Assembly (NCBI RefSeq): GCF_009914755.1
Contig: NC_060932.1
Origin: the human T2T-CHM13v2.0 reference genome, Homo sapiens
DNA: 64,000 nucleotides
Reading direction: 5' to 3' (one strand)
Shown piece after piece: positions 37,817-51,000 of the stretch; the stretch's first letter is position 1; the number at the start of each line of letters is the position of its first letter. The notes under the pieces are model-generated. The model was not told the DNA's origin and did not search any database. It saw only the letters and a program-made list of their open reading frames with translations. A program made the translations under genes and the position numbers.

Positions 37817-40800
37817 ATGTTTGCATCCAGCTCTCCGAGTTGAACATTCTCTTTCATAGAGTAGGTTTGAAACCCCCTTTTTATAGTGTCTGGAAGCGGG
37901 CATTTGGAGCGCTTTCAGGCCTATGCTGAAAAAGGAAATATCTACCTACAGAAACTAGACTGAAGCAATCTGAGAATCACGTTTGTGATGTGGGTACTCA
38001 ACTAACAGTGTTGATCCATTCTTTTGATACAGCAGTTTTGAACCACCCTTTTTGTAGAATCTGCAAGTGGATATTTGGATAGCTGTGGGGATTTCGTTGG
38101 AAACGGGAATGTCTTCATAGAAAATTTAGACAGAAGCATTCTCAGAACCTTGATTGTGATGTGTGTTCTCCACTAACAGAGTTCAACCTTTCTTTTGACA
38201 GAACTGTTTTGAAACATTCTTTTTATAGAATCTGGAAGTGGATATTTGGAAAGCTTTGAGGATTTCATTGGAAACGAGAATATCTTCAAATAAAATCTAG
38301 CCAGAAGCATTCTAAGAAACATCTTAGGGATGTTTACATTCAAGTCACAGAGTTGAACATTCCCTTTCACAGAGCAGGTTTGAAACAATCTTCTCGTACT
38401 ATCTGGCAGTGGACATTTTGAGCTCTTTGGGGTCTATGTTGAAAAAGGAAATATCTTCCAACAAAAACTAGACAGAAGCATTCGCAGAATCACGTTTGTG
38501 ATGTGTGCACTCAACTGTCAGAATTGAACCTTTGTTTGGACAGAGCACATTTGAAACACTCTTTTTGTAGAATCTGCAGGTGGATATTTGGCTAGCTTTG
38601 AGGTTTTCGTTGGAAACGGTAATGTCTTCAAAGAAAATCTAGACAGAAACATCCTCAGAAACACCTTCGTGATGTTTGCAATCAAGTCACAGAGTTGAAC
38701 CTTCCGTTTCATAGAGCAGGTTGGAAACACTCATTTTGTAGTATCTGGAAGTGGACATTTGGAGCGCTTTCAGGCCTATGGTGTAAAAGGAAATATCTTC
38801 CCATAAAAGCGACATAGAAGCTATCTCAGGAACTTGTTTATGATGCATCTAATCAACTAACAGTGTTGAACATTTGTACTGACAGAGCAGTTTGAAACAC
38901 TCTTTTTTTGGAATCTGCAAGTGGATATTTGGATCGCTTTGAGGATTTCGTTGGAAACGGGATGCAATATAAAACGTACACAGCAGCATACTCAGAAAAT
39001 ACTTTGCCATATTTCCATTCAAGTCACAGAGTGGAACATTCCCATTCATAGAGCAGGTTTGAAACACTTTTTTTGGAGTGTCTGGAAGTGGACATTTGGA
39101 GCGCTTTCAGAACTATGGTGAAAAAGGAAATATCTTCCAATGAAAACAAGACAGAAGCATTCTGAGAAACTTATTTGTGATGCGTGTCCTCAACTAACGG
39201 ACTCGAACCTTTCGTTTCACGCAGTACTTCTGGAACACTCTTTTTGAAGATTCTGCATGCGGATATTTGGATAGCTTTGAGGATTTCGTTGGAAACGGGC
39301 TTACATATAAAAATTAGACAGCAGCATTCTCAGAAACTTCTTTGTGGTGTCTGCATTCAAGTCACAGAATTGAACATCCCCTCACATTGAGCAGTTGTGC
39401 AGCACTCTATTTGTAGTATCTCGAAGAGGACATTTGGAGGGCTTTGTAGCCTATATGGAAAAAGGAAATATCTTCCCATGAAAGCGAGATAGAAGTAATC
39501 TCAGAAACATGTTTATGCTGTATCTACTCAACTAACTGTGCTGAACATTTCTATTGATAGAGCAGTTTTGAGACACTCTTCTTTTGGAATCTGCAAGTGG
39601 ATATTTGGATAGATTTGAGGATTTCGTTGGAAACGGGATTATATATAAAAAGTAGACAGCAGCATTCTCAAAACTTCTTTGTGATGTTTGCATCCAGCTC
39701 TCAGAGTTGAACATTCCCTTTCATAGAGTAGGTTTGAAACCCCCTTTTTATAGTGTCTGGAAGCGGGCATTAGGAACGCTTTCAGGCCTATGCTGAAAAA
39801 GGAAATATCTACCTACAGAAACTAGACAGAAGCATTCTGAGAATCACGTTTGTGATGTGGGTACTCAACTAACAGTGTTGATCCATTCTTTTGATACAGC
39901 AGTTTTGAACCACCCTTTTTGTAGAATCTGCAAGTGGATATTTGGATAGCTGTGAGGATTTCGTTGGAAACGGGAATGTCTTCATAGAAAATTTAGACAG
40001 AAGCATTCTCAGAACCTGGATTGTGATGTGTGTTCTCCACTAACAGAGTTGAACCTTTCTTTGGACAGAACTGTTTTGAAACATTCTTTTTATAGAATCT
40101 GGAAGTGGATATTTGGAAAGCTTTGAGGATTTCGTTGGAAACGGGAATATCTTCAAATAAAATCTAGCCAGAAGCATTCTAAGAAACATCTTAGGGATGT
40201 TTACATTCAAGTCACAGAGTTGAACATTCCCCTTTCTCAGAGCAGGTTTGAAACAATCTTCTCGTACTATCTGGCAGTGGACATTTTGAGCTCCTTGGGG
40301 CCTATGCTGAAAAAGGAAATATCTTCCGACAAAAACTAGACAGAAGCATTCGCAGAATCACGTTTGTGATGTGTGCACTCAACTGTCAGAATTGAACCTT
40401 GGTTTGGACAGAGCACTTTTGAAACACTCTTTTTGTAGAATCTGCAGGTGGATATTTGGCTAGCTTTGAGGATTTCGTTGGAAACGGTAATGTCTTCAAA
40501 GAAAATCTAGACAGAAACATCCTCAGAAACACCTTCGTGATGTTTGCAATCAAGTCACAGAGTTGAACCTTCCGTTTCATAGAGCAGGTTGGAAACACTC
40601 ATTTTGTAGTATCTGGAAGTGGACATTTGGAGCGCTTTCAGGCCTATGGTGTAAAAGGAAATATCTTCCCATAAAAGCGACATAGAAGCTATCTCAGGAA
40701 CTTGTTTATGATGCATCTAATCAACTAACAGTGTTGAACCTTTGTACTGACAGAGCAGTTTGAAACACTCTTTTTTTGGAATCTGCAAGTGGATATTTGG

Positions 40801-43800
40801 ATCGCTTTGAGGATTTCGTTGGAAACGGGATGCAATATAAAACGTACACAGCAGCATACTCAGAAAATACTTTGCCATATTTCCATCCAAGTCACAGAGT
40901 GGAACATTCCCATTCATAGAGCAGGTTTGAAACACTTTTTTTGGAGTGTCTGGAAGTGGACATTTGGAGCGCTTTCAGAACTATGGTGAAAAAGGAAATA
41001 TCTTCCAATGAAAACAAGACAGAAGCATTCTGAGAAACTTATTTGTGATGCGTGTCCTCAACTAACGGACTCGAACCTTTCGTTTCATGCAGTACTTCTG
41101 GAACACTCTTTTTGAAGATTCTGCATGCGGATATTTGGTTAGCTTTGAGGATTTCGTTGGAAACGGGCTTACATATAAAAATTAGACAGCAGCATTCTCA
41201 GAAACTTCTTTGTGGTGTCTGCATTCAAGTCACAGAATTGAACATCCCCTCACATAGAGCAGTTGTGCAGCACTCTATTTGTAGTATCTCGAAGTGGACA
41301 TTTGGAGGGCTTTGTAGCCCATCTGGATAAAGGAAATATCTTCCCATGAATGCGAGATAGAAGTAATCTCAGAAACATGTTTATGCTGTATCTACTCAAC
41401 TAACTGTGCTGAACATTTCTATTGATAGAGCAGTTTTGAGACACTCTTCTTTTGGAATCTGCAAGTGGATATTTGGATAGATTTGAGGATTTCGTTGGAA
41501 ACGGGATTATATATAAAAAGTAGACAGCAGCATTCTCAGAAACTTCTTTGTGATGTTTGCATCCAGCTCTCAGAGTTGAACATTCCCTTTCATAGAGTAG
41601 GTTTGAAACCCTCTTTTTATAGTGTCTGGAAGCGGGCATTTGGAGCGCTTTCAGGCCTATGCTGAAAAAGGAAATATCTACCTACAGAAACTAGACAGAA
41701 GCATTCTGAGAATCACGTTTGTGATGTGGGTACTCAACTAACAGTGTTGATCCATTCTTTTGATACAGCAGTTTTGAACCACCCTTTTTGTAGAATCTGC
41801 AAGTGGATATTTGGATAGCTGTGAGGATTTCGTTGGAAACGGGAATGTCTTCATAGAAAATTTAGACAGAAGCATTCTCAGAACCTGGATTGTGATGTGT
41901 GTTCTCCACTAACAGAGTTGAACCTTTCTTTGGACAGAACTGTTTTGAAACATTCTTTTTATAGAATCTGGAAGTGGATATTTGGAAAGCTTTGAGGATT
42001 TCGTTGGAAACGGGAATATCTTCAAATAAAATCTAGCCAGAAGCATTCTAAGAAACATCTTAGGGATGTTTACATTCAAGTCACAGAGTTGAACATTCCC
42101 CTTTCTCAGAGCAGGTTTGAAACAATCTTCTCGTACTATCTGGCAGTGGACATTTTGAGCTCCTTGGGGCCTATGCTGAAAAAGGAAATATCTTCCGACA
42201 AAAACTAGACAGAAGCATTCGCAGAATCACGTTTGTGATGTGTGCACTCAACTGTCAGAATTGAACCTTGGTTTGGACAGAGCACTTTTGAAACACTCTT
42301 TTTGTAGAATCTGCAGGTGGATATTTGGCTAGCTTTGAGGATTTCGTTGGAAACGGTAATGTCTTCAAAGAAAATCTAGACAGAAACATCCTCAGAAACA
42401 CCTTCGTGATGTTTGCAATCAAGTCACAGAGTTGAACCTTCCGTTTCATAGTGCAGGTTGGAAACACTCATTTTGTAGTATCTGGAAGTGGACATTTGGA
42501 GCGCTTTCAGGCCTATGGTGTAAAAGGAAATATCTTCCCATAAAAGCGACATAGAAGCTATCTCAGGAACTTGTTTATGATGCATCTAATCAACTAACAG
42601 TGTTGAACCTTTGTACTGACAGAGCAGTTTGAAACACTCTTTTTTTGGAATCTGCAAGTGGATATTTGGATGGCCTTGAGGATTTCGTTGGAAACGGGAT
42701 GCAATATAAAACGTACACAGCAGCATACTCAGAAAATACTTTGCCATATTTCCATTCAAGTCACAGAGTGGAACATTCCCATTCATAGAGCAGGTTTGAA
42801 ACACTTTTTTTGGAGTGTCTGGAAGTGGACATTTGGAGCGCTTTCAGAACTATGGTGAAAAAGGAAATATCTTCCAATGAAAACAAGACAGAAGCATTCT
42901 GAGAAACTTATTTGTGATGCGTGTCCTCAACTAACGGACTCGAACCTTTCGTTTCATGCAGTACTTCTGGAACACTGTTTTTGAAGATTCTGCATGCGGA
43001 TATTTGGTTAGCTTTGAGGATTTCGTTGGAAACGGGCTTACATATAAAAATTAGACAGCAGCATTCTCAGAAACTTCTTTGTGGTGTCTGCATTCAAGTC
43101 ACAGAATTGAACATCCCCTCACATAGAGCAGTTGTGCAGCACTCTATTTGTAGTATCTCGAAGTGGACATTTGGAGGGCTTTGTAGCCCATCTGGATAAA
43201 GGAAATATCTTCCCATGAATGCGAGATAGAAGTAATCTCAGAAACATGTTTATGCTGTATCTACTCAACTAACTGTGCTGAACATTTCTATTGATAGAGC
43301 AGTTTTGAGACACTCTTCTTTTGGAATCTGCAAGTGGATATTTGGCTAGATTTGAGGATTTCGTTGGAAACGGGATTATATATAAAAAGTAGACAGCAGC
43401 ATTCTCAGAAACTTCTTTGTGATGTTTGCATCCAGCTCTCAGAGTTGAACATTCCCTTTCATAGAGTAGGTTTGAAACCCCCTTTTTATAGTGTCTGGAA
43501 GTGGGCATTTGGAGCGCTTTCAGGCCTATGCTGAAAAAGGGAATATCTACCTACAGAAACTAGACAGAAGCATTCTGAGAATCACGTTTGTGATGTGGGT
43601 ACTCAACTAACAGTGTTGATCCATTCTTTTGATACAGCAGTTTTGAACCACCCTTTTTGTAGAATCTGCAAGTGGATATTTGGATAGCTGTGAGGATTTC
43701 GTTGGAAACGGGAATGTCTTCATAGAAAATTTAGACAGAAGCATTCTCAGAACCTGGATTGTGATGTGAGTTCTCCACTAACAGAGTTGAACCTTTCTTT

Positions 43801-46800
43801 GGACAGAACTGTTTTGAAACATTCTTTTTATAGAATCTGGAAGTGGATATTTGGAAAGCTTTGAGGATTTCGTTGGAAACGGGAATATCTTCAAATAAAA
43901 TCTAGCCAGAAGCATTCTAAGAAACATCTTAGGGATGTTTACATTCAAGTCACAGAGTTGAACATTCCCCTTTCTCAGAGCAGGTTTGAAACAATCTTCT
44001 CGTACTATCTGGCAGTGGACATTTTGAGCTCCTTGGGGCCTATGCTGAAAAAGGAAATATCTTCCGACAAAAACTAGACAGAAGCATTCGCAGAATCACG
44101 TTTGTGATGTGTGCACTCAACTGTCAGAATTGAACCTTGGTTTGGACAGAGCACTTTTGAAACACTCTTTTTGTAGAATCTGCAGGTGGATATTTGGCTA
44201 GCTTTGAGGATTTCGTTGGAAACGGTAATGTCTTCAAAGAAAATCTAGACAGAAACATCCTCAGAAACACCTTCGTGATGTTTGCAATCAAGTCACAGAG
44301 TTGAACCTTCCGTTTCATAGAGCAGGTTGGAAACACTCATTTTGTAGTATCTGGAATTGGACATTTGGAGCGATTTCAGGCCTATGGTGTAAAAGGAAAT
44401 ATCTTCCCATAAAAGCGACATAGAAGCTATCTCAGGAACTTGTTTATGATGCATCTAATCAACTAACAGTGTTGAACCTTTGTACTGACAGAGCAGTTTG
44501 AAACACTCTTTTTTTGGAATCTGCAAGTGGATATTTGGATCGCTTTGATGATTTCGTTGGAAACGGGATGCAATATAAAACGTACACAGCAGCATACTCA
44601 GAAAATACTTTGCCATATTTCCATTCAAGTCACAGAGTGGAACATTCCCATTCATAGAGCAGGTTTGAAACACTTTTTTTGGAGTGTCTGGAAGTGGACA
44701 TTTGGAGCGCTTTCAGAACTATGGTGAAAAAGGAAATATCTTCCAATGAAAACAAGACAGAAGCATTCTGAGAAACTTATTTGTGATGCGTGTCCTCAAC
44801 TTACGGACTCGAACCTTTCGTTTCATGCAGTACTTCTGGAACACTCTTTTTGAAGATTCTGCATGCGGATATTTGGTTAGCTTTGAGGATTTCGTTGGAA
44901 ACGGGCTTACATATAAAAATTAGACAGCAGCATTCTCAGAAACTTCTTTGTGGTGTCTGCATTCAAGTCACAGAATTGAACATCCCCTCACATAGAGCAG
45001 TTGTGCAGCACTCTATTTGTAGTATCTCGAAGTGGACATTTGGAGGGCTTTGTAGCCAATCTGGAAAAAGGAAATATCTTCCCATGAAAGCCAGATAGAA
45101 GTAATCTCAGAAACATGTTTATGCTGTATCTACTCAACTAACTGTGCTGAACATTTCTATTGATAGAGCAGTTTTGAGACACTCTTCTTTTGGAATCTGC
45201 AAGTGGATATTTGGATAGATTTGAGGATTTCGTTGGAAACGGGATTATATATAAAAAGTAGACAGCAGCATTCTCAGAAACTTCTTTGTGATGTTTGCAT
45301 CCAGCTCTCAGAGTTGAACATTCCCTTTCATAGAGTAGGTTTGAAACCCCCTTTTTATACTGTCTGGAAGCGGGCATTTGGAGCGCTTTCAGGCCTATGC
45401 TGAAAAAGGAATTATCTACCTACAGAAACTAGACAGAAGCATTCTGAGAATCACGTTTGTGATGTGGGTACTCAACTAACAGTGTTGATCCATTCTTTTG
45501 ATACAGCAGTTTTGAACCACCCTTTTTGTAGAATCTGCAAGTGGATATTTGGATAGCTGTGAGGATTTCATTGGAAACGGGAATGTCTTCATAGAAAATT
45601 TAGACAGAAGCATTCTCAGAACCTGGATTGTGATGTGTGTTCTCCACTAACAGAGTTGAACCTTTCTTTGGACAGAACTGATTTGAAACATTCATTTTAT
45701 AGAATCTGGAAGTGGATATTTGGAAAGTTTTGAGGATTTCGTTAGAAATGGGAATATCTTCAAATAAAATCTAGCCAGAAGCATTCTAAGAAACATCTTA
45801 GGGATGTTTACATTCAAGTCACAGAGTTGAACATTCCCCTTTCTCAGAGCAGGTTTGAAACAATCTTCTCGTACTATCTGGCAGTGGACATTTTGAGCTC
45901 CTTGGGGCCTATGCTGAAAAAGGAAATATCTTCCGACAAAAACTAGACAGAAGCATTCGCAGAATCACGTTTGTGATGTGTGCACTCAACTGTCAGAATT
46001 GAACCTTGGTTTGGACAGAGCACTTTTGAAACACTCTTTTTGTAGAATCTGCAGGTGGATATTTGGCTAGCTTTGAGGATTTCGTTGGAAACGGTAATGT
46101 CTTCAAAGAAAATCTAGACAGAAACATCCTCAGAAACACCTTCGTGATGTTTGCAATCAAGTCACAGAGTTGAACCTTCCGTTTCATAGAGCAGGTTGGA
46201 AACACTCATTTTGTAGTATCTGGAAGTGGACATTTGGAGCGCTTTCAGGCCTATGGTGTAAAAGGAAATATCTTCCCATAAAAGCGACATAGAAGCTATC
46301 TCAGGAACTTGTTTATGATGCATCTAATCAACTAACAGTGTTGAAACTTTGTACTGACAGAGCAGTTTGAAACACTCTTTTTTTGGAATCTGCAAGTGGA
46401 TATTTGGATCGCTTTGAGGATTTCGTTGGAAACGGGATGCAATATAAAACGTACACAGCAGCATACTCAGAAAATACTTTGCCATATTTCCATTCAAGTC
46501 ACAGAGTGGAACATTCCCATTCATAGAGCAGGTTTGAAACACTTTTTTTGGAGTGTCTGGAAGTGGACATTTGGAGCGCTTTCAGAACTATGGTGAAAAA
46601 GGAAATATCTTCCAATGAAAACAAGACAGAAGCATTCTGAGAAACTTATTTGTGATGCGTATCCTCAACTAACGGACTCGAACCTTTCGTTTCATGCAGT
46701 ACTTCTGGAACACTCTTTTTGAAGATTCTGCATGCGGATATTTGGTTAGCTTTGAGGATTTCGTTGGAAACGGGCTTACATGTAAAAATTAGACAGCAGC

Positions 46801-48089
46801 ATTCTCAGAAACTTCTTTGTGGTGTCTGCATTCAAGTCACAGAATTGAACATCCCCTCACATAGAGCAGTTGTGCAGCACTCTATTTGTAGTATCTCGAA
46901 GTGGACATTTGGAGGGCTTTGTAGCCTATCTGGAAAAAGGAAATATCTTCCCATGAATGCGAGATAGAAGTAATCTCAGAAACATGTTTATGCTGTATCT
47001 ACTCAACTAACTGTGCTGAACATTTCTATTGATAGAGCAGTTTTGAGACACTCTTCTTTTGGAATCTGCAAGTGGATATTTGGATAGATTTGAGGATTTC
47101 GTTGGAAACGGGATTATATATAAAAAGTAGACAGCAGCATTCTCAGAAACTTCTTTGTGATGTTTGCATCCAGCTCTCAGAGTTGAACATTCCCTTTCAT
47201 AGAGTAGGTTTGAAACCCCCTTTTTATAGTGTCTGGAAGTGGGCATTTGGAGCGCTTTCAGGCCTATGCTGAAAAAGGAAATATCTACCTACAGAAACTA
47301 GACAGAAGCATTCTGAGAATCACGTTTGTGATGTGGGTACTCAACTAACAGTGTTGATCCATTCTTTTGATACAGCAGTTTTGAACCACCCTTTTTGTAG
47401 AATCTGCAAGTGGATATTTGGATAGCTGTGAGGATTTCGTTGGAAACGGGAATGTCTTCATAGAAAATTTAGACAGAAGCATTCTCAGAACCTGGATTGT
47501 GATGTGAGTTCTCCACTAACAGAGTTGAACCTTTCTTTGGACAGAACTGTTTTGAAACATTCTTTTTATAGAATCTGGAAGTGGATATTTGGAAAGCTTT
47601 GAGGATTTCGTTGGAAACGGGAATATCTTCAAATAAAATCTAGCCAGAAGCATTCTAAGAAACATCTTAGGGATGTTTACATTCAAGTCACAGAGTTGAA
47701 CATTCCCCTTTCTCAGAGCAGGTTTGAAACAATCTTCTCGTACTATCTGGCAGTGGACATTTTGAGCTCCTTGGGGCCTATGCTGAAAAAGGAAATATCT
47801 TCCGACAAAAACTAGACAGAAGCATTCGCAGAATCACGTTTGTGATGTGTGCACTCAACTGTCAGAATTGAACCTTGGTTTGGACAGAGCACTTTTGAAA
47901 CACTCTTTTTGTAGAATCTGCAGGTGGATATTTGGCTAGCTTTGAGGATTTCGTTGGAAACGGTAATGTCTTCAACGAAAATCTAGACAGAAACATCCTC
48001 AGAAACACCTTCGTGATGTTTGCAATCAAGTCACAGAGTTGAACCTTCCGTTTCATAGAGCAGGTTGGAAACACTCATTTTGTAGTATC

Positions 48090-51000
48090 TGGAATTGGAC
48101 ATTTGGAGCGATTTCAGGCCTATGGTGTAAAAGGAAATATCTTCCCATAAAAGCGACATAGAAGCTATCTCAGGAACTTGTTTATGATGCATCTAATCAA
48201 CTAACAGTGTTGAAACTTTGTACTGACAGAGCAGTTTGAAACACTCTTTTTTTGGAATCTGCAAGTGGATATTTGGATCGCTTTGAGGATTTCGTTGGAA
48301 ACGGGATGCAATATAAAACGTACACAGCAGCATACTCAGAAAATACTTTGCCATATTTCCATTCAAGTCACAGAGTGGAACATTCCCATTCATAGAGCAG
48401 GTTTGAAACACTTTTTTTGGAGTGTCTGGAAGTGGACATTTGGAGCGCTTTCAGAACTATGGTGAAAAAGGAAATATCTTCCAATGAAAACAAGACAGAA
48501 GCATTCTGAGAAACTTATTTGTGATGCGTGTCCTCAACTAACGGACTCGAACCTTTCGTTTCATGCAGTACTTCTGGAACACTCTTTTTGAAGATTCTGC
48601 ATGCGGATATTTGGTTAGCTTTGAGGATTTCGTTGGAAACGGGCTTACATATAAAAATTAGACAGCAGCATTCTCAGAAACTTCTTTGTGGTGTCTGCAT
48701 TCAAGTCACAGAATTGAACATCCCCTCACATAGAGCAGTTGTGCAGCACTCTATTTGTAGTATCTCGAAGTGGACATTTGGAGGGCTTTGTAGCCTATCT
48801 GGAAAAAGGAAATATCTTCCCATGAAAGCCAGATAGAAGTAATCTCAGAAACATGTTTATGCTGTATCTACTCAACTAACTGTGCTGAACATTTCTATTG
48901 ATAGAGCAGTTTTGAGACACTCTTCTTTTGGAATCTGCAAGTGGATATTTGGATAGATTTGAGGATTTCGTTGGAAACGGGATTATATATAAAAAGTAGA
49001 CAGCAGCATTCTCAGAAACTTCTTTGTGATGTTTGCATCCAGCTCTCAGAGTTGAACATTCCCTTTCATAGAGTAGGTTTGAAACCCCCTTTTTATACTG
49101 TCTGGAAGCGGGCATTTGGAGCGCTTTCAGGCCTATGCTGAAAAAGGAATTATCTACCTACAGAAACTAGACAGAAGCATTCTGAGAATCACGTTTGTGA
49201 TGTGGGTACTCAACTAACAGTGTTGATCCATTCTTTTGATACAGCAGTTTTGAACCACCCTTTTTGTAGAATCTGCAAGTGGATATTTGGATAGCTGTGA
49301 GGATTTCGTTGGAAACGGGAATGTCTTCATAGAAAATTTAGACAGAAGCATTCTCAGAACCTGGATTGTGATGTGAGTTCTCCACTAACAGAGTTGAACC
49401 TTTCTTTGGACAGAACTGATTTGAAACATTCTTTTTATAGAATCTGGAAGTGGATATTTGGAAAGTTTTGAGGATTTCGTTGGAAACGGGAATATCTTCA
49501 AATAAAATCTAGCCAGAAGCATTCTAAGAAACATCTTAGGGATGTTTACATTCAAGTCACAGAGTTGAACATTCCCCTTTCTCAGAGCAGGTTTGAAACA
49601 ATCTTCTCGTACTATCTGGCAGTGGACATTTTGAACTCCTTGGGGCCTATGCTGAAAAAGGAAATATCTTCCGACAAAAACTAGACAGAAGCATTCGCAG
49701 AATCATGTTTGTGATGTGTGCACTCAACTGTCAGAATTGAACCTTGGTTTGGACAGAGCACTTTTGAAACACTCTTTTTGTAGAATCTGCAGGTGGATAT
49801 TTCGCTAGCTTTGAGGATTTCGTTGGAAACGGTAATGTCTTCAAAGAAAATCTAGACAGAAACATCCTCAGAAACACCTTCGTGATGTTTGCAATCAAGT
49901 CACAGAGTTGAACCTTCCGTTTCATAGAGCAGGTTGGAAACACTCATTTTGTAGTATCTGGAAGTGGACATTTGGAGCGCTTTCAGGCCTATGGTGTAAA
50001 AGGAAATATCTTCCCATAAAAGCGACATAGAAGCTATCTCAGGAACTTGTTTATGATGCATCTAATCAACTAACAGTGTTGAACCTTTGTACTGACAGAG
50101 CAGTTTGAAACACTCTTTTTTTGGAATCTGCAAGTGGATATTTGGATCGCTTTGAGGATTTCGTTGGAAACGGGATGCAATATAAAACGTACACAGCAGC
50201 ATACTCAGAAAATACTTTGCCATATTTCCATTCAAGACACAGAGTGGAACATTCCCATTCATAGAGCAGGTTTGAAACACTTTTTTTGGAGTGTCTGGAA
50301 GTGGACATTTGGAGCGCTTTCAGAACTATGGTGAAAAAGGAAATATCTTCCAATGAAAACAAGACAGAAGCATTCTGAGAAACTTATTTGTGATGCGTGT
50401 CCTCAACTAACGGACTCGAACCTTTCGTTTCATGCAGTACTTCTGGAACACTCTTTTTGAAGATTCTGCATGCGGATATTTGGATAGCTTTGAGGATTTC
50501 GTTGGAAACGGGCTTACATATAAAAATTAGACAGCAGCATTCTCAGAAACTTCTTTGTGGTGTCTGCATTCAAGTCACAGAATTGAACATCCCCTCACAT
50601 AGAGCAGTTGTGCAGCACTCTATTTGTAGTATCTCGAAGTGGACATTTGGAGGGCTTTGTAGCCTATCTGGAAAAAGGAAATATCTTCCCATGAAAGCCA
50701 GATAGAAGTAATCTCAGAAACATGTTTATGCTGTATCTACTCAACTAACTGTGCTGAACATTTCTATTGATAGAGCAGTTTTGAGACACTCTTCTTTAGG
50801 AATCTGCAAGTGGATATTTGGATAGATTTGAGGATTTCGTTGGAAACGGGATTATATATAAAAAGTAGACAGCAGCATTCTCAGAAACTTCTTTGTGATG
50901 TTTGCATCCAGCTCTCAGAGTTGAACATTCCCTTTCATAGAGTAGGTTTGAAACCCCCTTTTTATACTGTCTGGAAGCGGGCATTTGGAGCGCTTTCAGG

